From Squalus acanthias (Eukaryota): a stretch of DNA of 64,000 nucleotides. The number at the start of each line of letters is the position of its first letter. The first letter of the stretch is position 1. The stretch spans positions 46,502,001 to 46,566,000 of the forward strand of contig CM059432.1 of the NCBI GenBank assembly GCA_030390025.1, read 5' to 3'. The position numbers were made by a program, and so were the translations under genes. Positions 25,282 to 37,275 of this stretch are shown here, one piece after another. The notes under the pieces were generated by a model. It was not told the origin of the DNA. It saw only the letters and a program-made list of their open reading frames with translations, and did no database searches.

Positions 25282-25851
25282 CACATCTTTAAATTTCAGG
25301 GTTCCCTGCGCATTTGTGTTTGTTGTGTTTCCTCTATTCCACAATGAAGCATTTAGGTTTTATGTGCATCATAAAGTAGCTTTGACAGTGGTCATGTAGA
25401 AGCCGATATCCCAGCACTTCCTGCCCTCCTCATTGTAGGAGGCTACTTGGTGGTGACAGTCTTATGGTGGATAAAAATAAGGGAGAAAAATGCAGTTAAT
25501 ACATTATTGAAGAGAATGCAGTTGAGCCTTTTGGAATTCCTTAACAAATCTGTGAAAGCCTTTTTGGGAGATTTGTCGCAATATGAATAGAATTTGTGAA
25601 AGACTGTAAGAAGCATGGTAAAATCATCGCTTGTAGTGATAAAATAAAGCTGCCAGTGCCATGTGACCTCTGTATAGCAAATTAGTAAATTAGTTGCCAA
25701 GCTCCATACTAGCCTTTAATGACTAAAACTGGCATTAAAAAACGGTTGTGGCTGTTTTGTGAATGTGGCTTCTGTATGAGAATTGTAGTATAGAAATATC
25801 TCAGTTAAGAAATGTTCAAAATTCTGTCTTTCATCACTTCATAAAAATAAT

Positions 25852-25985
25852 GGGGGTAATTTTGACTTTGGTGATAGTGTAAAATTGTGAAGTCAATGGA
25901 AATGAAAATGGGGAGAGGTGTGTAATGGATGGCTGAATCCATATCAAATGTTTTTACGCTATCACCCAAAGTCAAAATTACCCCC
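25852..25985. mobile_element. Small palindromic MITE
   Basis: ~35-bp TIRs GGGGGTAATTTTGACTTTGG.. and ..CCAAAGTCAAAATTACCCCC; relatives at ~26480-26626, 27665-27788 and 49259-49438. Confidence 0.8.
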
Positions 25986-26759
25986 ATTCATTTATGAAGT
26001 AATGAAAGACAGCAATATGAATATAAATCCCTCTTCAATGTTTTCTATTCAGCCTGAGTCTTGCTTTGCGGTTTTTCAATGCGAAGAGATTTTAAGGCAC
26101 AAAGTTAGAGTTTAGTAGTCATGACTAGTCGATAGAGCTTCAAGTTATACTTATGTCATTGACACAGTGAACGGCATTTTTTTTGTAAGGGTTCTTAACA
26201 AGCAAAACATCCTGTCAAAAGTGAATCAAAAAACAGAAACGGTAGAAATATACACCAAGTCAGTCAGTATCTGTAAAGAGAAAAGGCAGGTTAACGTTTT
26301 GAGTATAACCCCTCATCAGAACTGAAAACTGAAGGACAATCAAACATTTTAGTAGGGTTGGGGGAAGAAAAGAAAGGAGAAGAAACAAGAGAGATTCTAT
26401 ACACAGAGAGGAAGTTAATGAGATAAATGACCTGCAAGCTGTTTAATAGAAAACTGTGTTTCAAGCATTTCCCATTCTTGGGGGTAATTTTAACCTAACC
26501 TGTCCCGGCAAGAAGCTGATAGGCCGTCCGTTTAACACCCCGTCCGATTTTATTTTCCATTGGGTGTAAAATGGGCGGGCGATCCCATCCCATCAGTTAC
26601 CTACTGGTTGGGTTAAAAGTACTCCCTGTTTCAGATTTCCAGCATTTGCAGTTCTTTTTTTCTTTTTGTTTATACTGTCAAAAGTGTGCAGCCTTTACAC
26701 ACAGTATACACAAATGCTAAAGAACTATCAAATTTAACCAGTGAACTCTCCAATTGCAG

Positions 26760-26898
26760 GACCAATGGTTTTGGCGTGTTCGGAACAATAAGGTTCTGGA
26801 TGGTTACCCCATGCAGATTGCCTATTTCTGGAGGGGTTTGCCTTCTAACATTGATGCAGTTTATGAGCGGCCTGATGGGAAATTTGTGTTTTTTAAAG
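26760..26898 (+). CDS. MMP16: MMP16 (MT3-MMP) internal coding exon (probable exon 7), hemopexin domain
   Basis: ttgcAG|GAC acceptor and AAAG|GTgag donor; 139 bp; translates [46 protein letters not shown], matching the recalled MMP16 hemopexin sequence. Confidence 0.95.
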
Positions 26899-27431
26899 GT
26901 GAGTGTGAACTTTTGTCGCCAGAGCAAAAATTATTTGTGCTCTCTACAATGAAAAGAAACTGTTCCTTTTTTAAACTCTGTAAACTCCTGAAAGATTTTC
27001 CTATTTAGCATCTGCATTTAATTTTACGTTAATTTAGTTTTAACAGTTCATGTGACAATGAAAATTAAACTTTAATATGCTAAACATAATTCATATAGCA
27101 AAAGTGCTGATCTGAATTTATATTAAGTTTGGCCTGGTATAGTAAAAGTTGATCATTTACAGTTGTATGATGAAATGTATTTATAAATTAAATAGACTGC
27201 AGTCAGTTGATTGATTTCTAGAAGTTAGAATCCATCAAACTATTAGATTTTTGAGTTTTCCTTTGCTGCTACTTCCAAAATTTAATTCTGTTCAGAACTA
27301 AAACTTTGTAAAACTGATGTTCTGCATAATCCTCTTGAGTATTTCAAAGCACAATCAGGAAAAGTGATGAGTTTTTTTTCAGTTATCCCAGTGGCCTAAT
27401 GCATGACATAAGATGATACTGTGCAAAACAA

Positions 27432-27885
27432 ACCCGTCTTTCGGATGAGACATTAAATCAAGGTCCCGTCTACTCTGAGGTGGACGTAAAAGATGCCACA
27501 ACACTATTCAAAGAAGAGCGGGGGAGTTTTCCCGATATCCTGGCCAGCATTTATTCCACAACCAACAACCTCAAAGCAGTTTAATTGGTCATTTATCTCA
27601 TTGCTGTTTATGGGTCCTTACTGTGCACAGATTGGTTGCTGCATTTCCCTACATCAAAAAAAATGGGGCCAAATTTGACTTTGTGCGACAGTAAAGTCAA
27701 TGGAAATGAAAACCAGGAGAGATGTACAACGAGCTGCCGATTTATTAGCACCCCTTTTACACTATCACACAAAGTCAAAATTACCCCCAGTGACTACACT
27801 TCAAAAGTAATTAATTGGCTGTGAAGCGCTATGGGATGGCCTGAGCTCATGAAAGGCACTATATAAATGCAAGTTCTTTCTTTCC
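27432..27885 (+). mobile_element. Deu-domain SINE (SacSINE1/AmnSINE1-like) with a small MITE inserted at 27665-27788
   Basis: CGTCTTTCGGATGAGACATTAAATCAAGGTCCCGTC..GGTGGACGTAAAAGAT core; tail GGCACTATATAAATGCAAGTTCTTTCTT. Confidence 0.7.
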
Positions 27886-28118
27886 TTTAGGAAGATCCTG
27901 GGTTCAATCACTGCTCTGCACTCAATTAGTTGATATCATTTAGAGGGGGGCTGCTACAATTAGCCTCAGTGTCCCTAGTCTGGGAAGGAGATAAAATGAA
28001 CCAGAGTTCCTGTTGCTGTTTGCTATCCAATGACGTCTGCAGATTGAATTTTGTGTAAGGACAAGTTCAAACTTGGTCTTAGTGCCCCCACCCATTACAT
28101 AGTTTGTCAAGAATCATT

Positions 28119-28869
28119 GGGCCGATTTTTGCTTTGAGCACATATTAGGTGGACGGTGGGCATTGCGTACGCTGTGCCCACCTAACGCCGTCGCTGTGGG
28201 GCTTTTATAGCCGAGCCTCATTTACATTAATGCAACAACCTGAAAGCACGAAACTTGCTCCCTATAGGCAGCTTGCCAATCTGGCAACAGGAAATCTGGC
28301 AGAACAGCCAATTGTGATGGGCCTACAGCGACCCCTTTAAGGGGAGGCATGGAAGCGCCGGAAGTGAAAGGAAGCACCAGTTGAGTACAGGCAAAATTTT
28401 TGCAGCGCCTAAAGCAACAAGAACATTAAATGTGGAAGGTTTTTAGCCTTAAATCTAACAAGTGACTGGAAAATAAAAGCATGCCATAACTGCATCAGGC
28501 TTTCCTTGACCGCAGCTGATGATCCCTTTCCTGGCCACTCAAAAGGGCTGGTTCCGAACTTGTACTAACCTGTTTAGTGGGCAGTCAAAGGGGATTCTGC
28601 TAATCCGGTATGCAGAGACGAAAATGGCATCGTGTGTGTGTACACGGTGGGGAGGTGGTTGTATATATATCATTTGACCCTGATTAACATATATTTATGA
28701 GGCTCCCACCTGTTTCTGGCAGGAGCTCCAGCCACTTAGGTCGAAATCCACCCAAAATTTGGAAGGGGTAAAAACCAGGTGGTAAATTGGCACTTCAACG
28801 AGTCACGCTGTTTTGATCCCAATACCGCCCCAGTGCAAACAGGCTGGTAGGGAAACGAAAATCACTCCC
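28119..28869. mobile_element. Harbinger-type non-autonomous element
   Basis: TIRs GGGCCGATTTTT and rc GGGAGTGATTTTCG; TSD ATT/ATT. Confidence 0.65.
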
Positions 28870-29689
28870 ATTGTCTCGGCTAACACATGAAGAGTGGCCA
28901 CTTATACAAAGTGTGAAGGCTGCTAATGCCAGTAGAACCACATCCCAGCAGAACTCAACACTTTAAGGACAGGTGAGAAAGTTGAGGTAAAGGAAGAGAT
29001 CGAGCCATGGGACATCCTTTATTTTGTATTTTTTTCCTGACAAGGTTATAGTTTTTTATTAAATTTAATAATGCAACATGATATAGTTGTAGGGTAAATT
29101 CACCCATTGAAGGGAGCAAAGGTCAGTGATAGGCCTACAACACAATAACTCAGACTCTCCCACCCCCACTTCCTTCAAGCAAGGCTCCCAACTGGGAGCG
29201 TGAGTTCAGTGAATTTACCCTAATGAATGTAAGTACTGTCATAAAAAGTGCTCCAATTTTAACTTATCCCGCCCAGTGAGAATGGCATGGGTTTAATACC
29301 CCGTCTGATTTTACACTGCTTTGATTTCAATGGAGCCGACAATCGGGCGGGGTACATTGGATGTCTGACCCGAGAACGCCCGGTTTTCACCGGGCAGGTT
29401 ACGGGGCTGCAGTATTACTACAGTGTAAAAGTTACACTTATGCTAGCCAGTAAAATCATTCAGTAGCACGGTAAGGTTTGTGTAAATACCCACAAGGAGC
29501 TTTGACCTGTTAAATTCATTTTACTTTAAAATCCTGTTAACATAAAACTGACTTTTGACTGGCTTCAAAGGAATCAAAGGTTTACAGACCATTCCGCCCA
29601 TAAACCTGGTCTGTCATTTTCAACAACAACAATAACAACTTGTATTTATATAGCGCCTTTAAGGTAGTAAAACATCCCAAGGCGCTCCA

Positions 29690-31506
29690 CAGTCCTGCCA
29701 CATCCAGTCATGAATGGTGGTGGATCATTAAACAACTAACGGGAGGAGGAAGTTCCGTGAATATCCCCATCCTCAATGATGGTGGAGCCCAGCACGTGAG
29801 TGCAAAAGACAAAGCTGAAGCGTTTGCAACCATCTTCAGCCAGAAGTGCCGAGCGGATGATCCATATCGGTCACCTCCTGACGTCCCCACCACCACAGAA
29901 GCCAGGCTTCAGCCAATTCGATTCACTACACATGATATCAAGAAATGGCTGAGCGCACTGGATACAGCAAAGGCTATGGGCCTCGACAACATCCCAGCTG
30001 TTGTGCTGAAGACTTGTGCTCCAGAACTAGCCGTACCTCTAGCCAAGCTGTTCCAGTACAGCTACAATACTGGCATCTACCCGACAATGTGGAAAACTGC
30101 CCAGGTGTGTCCTGTCCACAAAAAGCAGGACAAATCCAATCCGGCCAATTACCGCCCCATCAGTCTACTCTCAATCATCAGCAAAGTGATGGCAGGTGCT
30201 GTCGACAGTGCTATCAAGCAGCACTGACTCACCAATATCCTGCTCACTTATGCCCAGTTTGGGTTCCACCAAGACCACTCTGCTCCCGACCTCATTACAG
30301 CCTTGGTCCAAACATTGGACAAAGGAGCTGAATTCCAGAGGTGAGGTGAGAGTGACTGCCCTTGACATCAAGGCAGCATTTGACCGAGAGTGGCATCAAG
30401 GAGCCCTAATAAAATGAAGTCAATGGGAATCGGGGGTGGGGGGGAACTCTCCACTGGCTGGAGTCATACCTAGCACAAAGGTTGTGGTTGTTGGAGGTCA
30501 ATCATCACAGCCCAGGACATCGCTGCAGGAGTTCCTCAGGGCAGTGTCCTCGGCCCAACCATTTCCAGCTGCTTCATCAATGACCTTCCCTCCATCATAA
30601 GGTCAGAAGTGGGGATGTTCATTGATGACTGCACAGTGTTCAGTGCCATTCGCAACTCCTCAAATAATAAAGCAGTCCATGCCCGCATGCAGCAAGACCT
30701 GGGTGACATTCAGGCTTGGACTGATAAGTGGCAGTTAACATTAGCGCCACACAAGTGCCAGGCAATGACTATCTCCAACAAGCGAGTGTCTAACCACCGC
30801 CCCTTGACATTCAATGGCATTACCATCTCCGAATCCCCCACCATCAACATCCTGGGGGTCACCATTGACCAGAAACTTAAATACTGTGGCAACAAGAGCA
30901 GGTCAGAGGCTAGGTATTGTGCGGCGAGTGTCTCACCTCCTGACTCCCCAAAGCCTTTCGACCATCTACAAGGCACAAGTCAGGAGGGTAATAGAATACT
31001 CTCCACTTGCCTGGTTGAGTGCAGCTCCAACAACACTCAAGAAGCTCAACACCATCCAAGACAAAGCAGCCCGCTTGATTGGCACCCCATCCACCACCTT
31101 AAACATTCACTCCCTCCACCACCGGCATACCGTGGCTGCAGTGTGTACCATCTACAAGATGCACTCCAGCAACTTGTCAAGGTTTCTTCGGCAGCACCTC
31201 CCAAACCCGCAACCTCTACCACCTAGAAGGACAAGGGCAGCAGGTGCATGGGAACACCACCATCTCCAAGTTCCCCTCCAAGTCACACACCATCCTGACT
31301 TGGAAGTATATCGCCGTTCCTTCATCGTCGCTAGGTCAAAATCCTGGAACTCCCTCCCTAACAGCACTGTGGGAGTACCTCCACCACACGGACTGCAGCA
31401 GTTCAAGAAGGCAGCTCACCACCACCTTCTCAAGTGCAATTAGGGGTGGGCAATAAATGCTGGCCTTGCCAGCGACGCCTACATCCCATGAACGAAAAAA
31501 AAAAAA
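29690..31506 (+). mobile_element. CR1/L2-group LINE, 5'-truncated, inserted into the tail of an L2 element
   Basis: NYRPISLLSIISKVM, ALDIKAAFD, GVPQGSVLGP and MFIDD RT motifs; 3' AATAAA and A-tail; L2 tail sequence on both sides. Confidence 0.85.
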
Positions 31507-31959
31507 CAGGAGTATTTTAAGACAAAAAATTTGACACTGAGCCACATAAGGAGAAATTAGGGCAAGTGACCAAAAGCAAGGTCAAAGAGGTAGGTTTTAA
31601 GGAGCGTCTTAAAGGAGGAAAGAGAGGTAGCGAGGCGGAGAGGTTTAGGCAGGGAATTCCAGAGCTTAGGGCCTAGGCAGTTGAAGGCACGGCCACTAAT
31701 GGTTGAGCGATTATAATCAGGGATGCTCAAGAGGGCAGAATTAGAGGAGCGCAGATATCTCGGGGGTTGTAGGGCTGGAGGAGATTACAGATATAGGGAG
31801 AGGCGAGGCCATGGAGGGATTTGAAAACAAGGATGAGAATTTTGAAATCGAGACGTTGCTTAACCGGGAGCCAATGTAGGTCAGCGATCACGGATGATGG
31901 GTGAACGGGATTTGGTGCGAGTTAGGACACGGGCAGCCGAGTTTTGGATGACCTCAAGT

Positions 31960-32285
31960 GGGCAACACGGTGGCATAGTGGTTAGCACTGGTGCCTCACA
32001 GCGCCAGGGACCCGGGTTCGAATCTGGCCTCGGGTGACTGTGTGGAGTTTGCACATTCTCCCCGTGTCTGCGTGGGTTTCCTCCGGGTGCTCCGGTTTCC
32101 TCCCACAGTCCAAAAATGTGCGGGTTAGGTTGATTTGGCTATGATAAATTGACCCTTAGTGTTAGGGGGGGATTAAATATGTGGGGTTACGGGGATAGGA
32201 TAGGAAGGGATATGTTAGGGGGAATTAAATACGTGGGGTTACGGGGATAGGGTGGGATATGTGTCGGTGCAGGCTCGATGGGGAT
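31960..32285 (+). mobile_element. tRNA-derived V-SINE (HE1-like)
   Basis: A box TGGCATAGTGG, B box GGTTCGAATC, V-domain GTGTGGAGTTTGCACATTCTCCCCGTGTCTGCGTGGGTTTCCTCCGGGTGCTCCGGTTTCCTCCCACAGTCCAAA. Confidence 0.85.
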
Positions 32286-33762
32286 TCTGTGTGAGAAAGC
32301 AGGGACAGGGTACTGGATTTGGATGATCAGCCATGATCGTATTGAATTGTGGAGCAGGCTCGACGGGCCGAATGGCCTACTCCTGCTCCTAGTTTCTATG
32401 TTTCTATGTTTCTATGTTTACGTAGGGTAGAATGTGGGAGGTCAGCCAGGTGTGCGTTGGAATAGTCAAGTCTAAAGGTAACAAAGGCATGGATGAGGGT
32501 TTCATCAGCGGATGAGCTGAGGCAAGGGCGGAGATGGGCAATGTTACAAAGGTGGAAATAGACTGTCTTAGTTATGCCGTGGATATGTGGTCGGAAGCTC
32601 ATTTCAGGGTCAAATATGACACCAAGGTTGCGAACAGTGTGGTTCAACCTGAGATAGATGTTAGGAAGAGGGATGGAGTAAATGCTGGGGAATGGAGTTT
32701 TGGCGGGGACCAAAAACAATGGCTTCGGTCTTCCCAATATTTAATTGGAGAAAATTTCTGCTCATCCAGAACTGGATGTCGGACAAGCAGTCTGACAATT
32801 TAGAGACCGTGGAGGGGTCACGAGAAGTGGTGGTGAGGTAGAGGTGGGTGTCGTCAGCGTGCATGTGGAAACTGACATGTGTTTTTGGATGATGTCACCA
32901 AGGGGCAGCATTTAGATGAGAAATAGGAGGGGGCCAAGGATAGATCCTTGGGGGACGTCAGTGGTAACGATGCAGGAGCAGGAAGAGAAGCCATTGCAGG
33001 TGATTCTCTGGCTACGATTAGACAAATAAGAATAGATAACAATTTTCATTAATCATAGAAGCTTATTCCATTTCACTTTTTTTTTTCTCCGTAACCCCTT
33101 AATATCCTTACTTCCCAAGCAATTAGCTATCTCTTCTTTAAATACCTCAAATGATTTTACATCTATTATCTTCTGGCACAGTGCATTAACATTGTCGCAA
33201 CCCTTTGTATAAAAAAGATTTTCCTTTATATGGCTTAGTTAGAATTCTAAGATTATGTCACCTTCTTCTGAATTCGTCAAAGTTCACAAATAATTTCCTC
33301 CTCATCTCAGTCTTAAATGGCTGACTCCTTTTCCTGAGACTATCCCCCCTAGTTCTAGATTCTACAGCCATGGGGAATAATCGCTTAGTATCTACCCTGT
33401 CAATCCCCCTCAGAATCTTATATGTTTCAATGAGATCACCTCTCATTCTTCTAAACTCCAGAGAGTTTCGGCCCAATCTACTCAATCTCTCCTCATAGGA
33501 CAACCCTCTCATCACAGGGATCAATCTAGTAAACATTCATTGCACCGCTTCTAAGGCAAGGATGCCCTTTCTCAGATAAGGAGAACAAAACTGTGCACAG
33601 GTCTCCAGGTGTGGTCTCACCAAAGCCCTGTACAATTGTAATAAGACTTCCTTACTCTTGTACTCCAACCCCCTTGCAATAAAGGCTACCATGCCATTTA
33701 CCTTCCTAATTGCTTGCTGTACCTGCATGCTAACTCTCTGTGTTTCCTGTATGAGGACACCT

Positions 33763-36700
33763 TCCCTGGGTATGTCCTGTCCCAATATTTAGCACTGTCG
33801 AGGATAGACCCACCAGGTGGCAAAGTGGATCACCACACAGTCCTTGTGGAGACGAATTCCCATCTTCACATTAAGGACACCCTCCATCGTGTTATGTGGC
33901 ACTGCCACCGTGCTAAATGGGATAGATTCAGAACAGATCTAGCAGCTCAAAATTGAGCATCCATGAGGCGCTGTGGGCCATCAGCAGCAGCAGAATTGTA
34001 CTCCACCACAATCTGTAACCTCATGGCCCAGCATATCCCTCACTCTACCATTACCATCAAGCCAGGGGACCAAACCTGGTTCAATGAGGAGTGCAGAAGA
34101 GCATGCCAGGAGCAGCACCAGATGTACCTAAAAATGAGGTGCTAACCTGGGGAAGCTGCAACACAGGACTACATGCATGCTAAAAAGCAGAAACAACATG
34201 CTATAGACAGAGCTAAGCAATCCCACAATCAATGGGTCAGATCAATGCTCTGCAGTCCTGCCACAACCAGTTGTGAATGGTGGTGAACAATTAAACAACT
34301 AACAAGAGGTGGAAGCTCCATGAATATCCACATCCTGAATGATATCGAAGCCCAGCATGAGAGTGCAAAAGACAAGGCTGAAGCGTTTGCAACCATCTTC
34401 AGTCAGAAGTGCTGAATGGATGATCCATCTCGGCCTCCTCCCGAGGTCCCCACCATCAAAGAAGCCAGTCTTCAGCCAATTCAATTCACTCCACGTGATA
34501 TCAAGAAACAGCTGAGCGCAGTGGATACAGCAAAAGCTATGGGCCCCAACAACATCCCGGCTGTCGTGCTGAAGACTTGTGCTCCAGAACTAGCCGCGCC
34601 TCTAGCCAAGCTGTTCCATTACAGCTACAACACTGGAATCTACCCGACAATGTGGAAAACTGCCAAGGTATGTCCTGTCCACAAAAAGCAGGACAAATTC
34701 AATATGGCCAATTACCGCCCCATCAGTCTACTCTCAATCATCAGCAAAGTGATGGAAGGTGTCGTCAAACAGTGCTATCAAGCAGCACTTACTCAACAAT
34801 AACCTGCTCACTGATGCACAGTTTAGGTTCCGCCAAGACCATACGGCTCATTACAGCCTTGGTCCAAACATGGACAAAAGAGCTGAATTCCAGAGGTGAG
34901 TTGAGTGTGACTGCACTTGACATCAAGGCAGCATTTGAGCAAGTGTGGCATCAAGGAGCCCTAGTAAAATTAAAGTCAATGGGAATGAGGGGGAAAACTC
35001 TCCACTGGCTGTAGTCATACCTAGCAGAAAGGAAGATGGTTCTGGTTGTTAGAGGTCAATCATCTCAGCCCAGGACATCGTTGCAGGAGTTCCTCAAGGC
35101 AGTGTCCTACGCTCAACCATCTTCAGCTGCTTCATCAATGACCTTCCCTCCATCTTAAGGTTAGAAGTCGGGATGTTCGCTGATGATTGGACAGTGTTCC
35201 TTCCATTCGCAACTCCTCAGATAATGAAGCAGTCCATGCCCACATGCAGCAATGGACGACATTCAGGCTTGGGCTGATAAGTGGCAAGTAACATTCACGC
35301 CACACAAGTGCCAGGCAATAACCGTCTCCAACAAATGAGAGTCTAACCACCTCCCCTTAACATTCAAAGATATTACCATTGCTGACTCCCCCACCATCAA
35401 CATCCTGGGGGTCACCATAAACCAGAAATTTAACTGGACCAGCCACATAAATACTGTGGCCACAAGAGCTGGTCAGAGGCTGGGTATTCTGTGGCAAGTG
35501 TCTCACCTCCTGACTCCCCAAAGCCTTTTCACCATCTACAAGGCACAAGTAAGGAGTGTGATGGAATTGTCAGCATGGATTTGTCAAGGGAAGGTCGTGT
35601 CTGACTAACTTGATTTTATTTTTTGAGGATGCAACAAGGAGAGTCGATGAGGGTAGTGTGTTTGATGTAGTCTATATGGATTTTAGCAAGGCTTTTGATC
35701 AGGTCCTGCATGGCAGACTGGTCACAAAAGTAAAAGCCCATGGGATCCAAGGCAAAGTGGCAAGTTGGATCCAAAATTGGCTCAGAGGCAGGAAACAAAG
35801 GGTAATGGTCGAAGGATGTTTTTGTGACTGGAAGGCTGTTTCCAGTGGGGTTCCACAGGGCTCAGTACTGGGTCCTCAGCTTTTTATGGTATATATCAAT
35901 GATTTGGACTTGAACGTAGGAAGCATGATTAAGAAGTTTGCAGATGATACGAGAATTGGCCGTGTGGTTGATAATGAAGAAGAAGACTGCAGGAAGATAT
36001 CAATGGACTAGTCAGGTAAGCAGAGCAGTGGCAAATTGAATTCAATCTGGAGAAGTGTGAGCTAATGCATTTGGGGAGGGCTAACAAGGCAAGGGCATAC
36101 ACTATAAATGGTAGGACACTGAGAAGTGCAGAAGATCAGAGGGACCTTGGAGTGCATGTCCACAGATCCCTGAAGGTAGCAGGACAGGTAGATAAAGTGG
36201 TTAAGAAGGCATACGGGATACTTGCCTTTATTAGCCGAGGCATAGAATATAAGAGCAGGGAGGTTATGCTTGAACTGTATAAAACACTAGTTAGGCCGCA
36301 GCTAGAATACTGCGTGCAGTTCTGGTCACCACATTACAGGAAGGATGTGATTGCACTAGAGGGGGTGCACAGGAGATTTACGAGGATGTTGCCTGGGTTG
36401 GGGAATTTTAGCAATGAGGAAAGATTGGATAGGCTGGGTTGTTTTCTCTGGAACAGAGGAGGCTGAGGGGATACCTAATTGAGGTGTATAAAATTATGAG
36501 GGGCCTAGATAGAGTGGATAGGAAGGACCTATTTCCCTTAGCAGAAGGGTCAATAACCAGGGGGCATAGATTTAAAGTAATTGGTCGGAGGTTGAGAGGG
36601 GAGTTGAGGAGAAATGTTTTCACCCAGAGGGTGGTGGGAGTCATGAACTCACTGCCTGAAAGACTGGTAGAGGCAGAGACCCTCATCACATTTAAAAAGT

Positions 36701-37275
36701 ACTTGGATATGCACTTGAAGTGCCGTAACCTACAAGGCTATGGACCAAGAGCTGGAAAGTGGGATTAGGGTGGATAGCTCTTTGTCGGCCGGCGTGGACA
36801 AGATGGGATGAATGGCCTCCTTCTGTGCTGTAAATTTCTATGATTCTATGATGATATTCTCCACTTGCCTGGATGAGTGCAGCTCCAACAATACTCAAGA
36901 TGATTGACACCACCCAGGACAAAGAAGCCCAATTGATTGGGACACCATCCACCAACTTAAACATTCACTCCCAAGCCCGCGACCTCTACCACCTAGAAGG
37001 ACAAGGGCAGCAGGCGCATGGGAACACCATCACCTCCAAGTTCTCCTCCAAGTTACACACCATCCTGACGTGGAAATATATCGCCGTTCCTTCATCGTCG
37101 CTGGGTCAAAATCCTGGAATTCCTTCTGTAACAGCACTACAGGAGTACGTTCACCACACGGACTGCAGTGGTTCAAGAAGGCGGCTCACCACCACCTTCT
37201 CAAGGGAAATTAGTGATGAGCAATAAATGCTGGCCTTGCCAGCGACACCTGCATCCCAGGAATGAATAACAAAAA
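33763..37275 (+). mobile_element. LINE of the same family as 29690-31506, itself interrupted by a CR1
   Basis: TSD ACACCT at 33757-33762 and 37276-37281; RT motifs; same 3' tail. Confidence 0.85.
35568..36853 (+). mobile_element. CR1 LINE 3' portion
   Basis: YMDFSKAFD, SGVPQGSVLGP, KFADDT, LVRPQLEYCVQFWSP; (ATTCTATG)n tail. Confidence 0.9.

Larger units (their letters stand above)
29622..33025 (-). mobile_element. L2 LINE (interrupted by a LINE and a SINE)
   Basis: HADDTHLYL..LSDCLSDIQFWMSRNFLQLNIGKTEAIVFG, LIHAFVTFRLDYSNA; (GTT)n tail at ~29622-29640. Confidence 0.8.

Noticed and set aside
1..26759. Upstream MMP16 exon (hinge / ICDGNFNT region)
   Set aside because: No such peptide was found by eye; it presumably lies upstream of the window.
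31960..32035. tRNA gene
   Set aside because: The A/B boxes continue into a V-SINE core; this is a SINE head.
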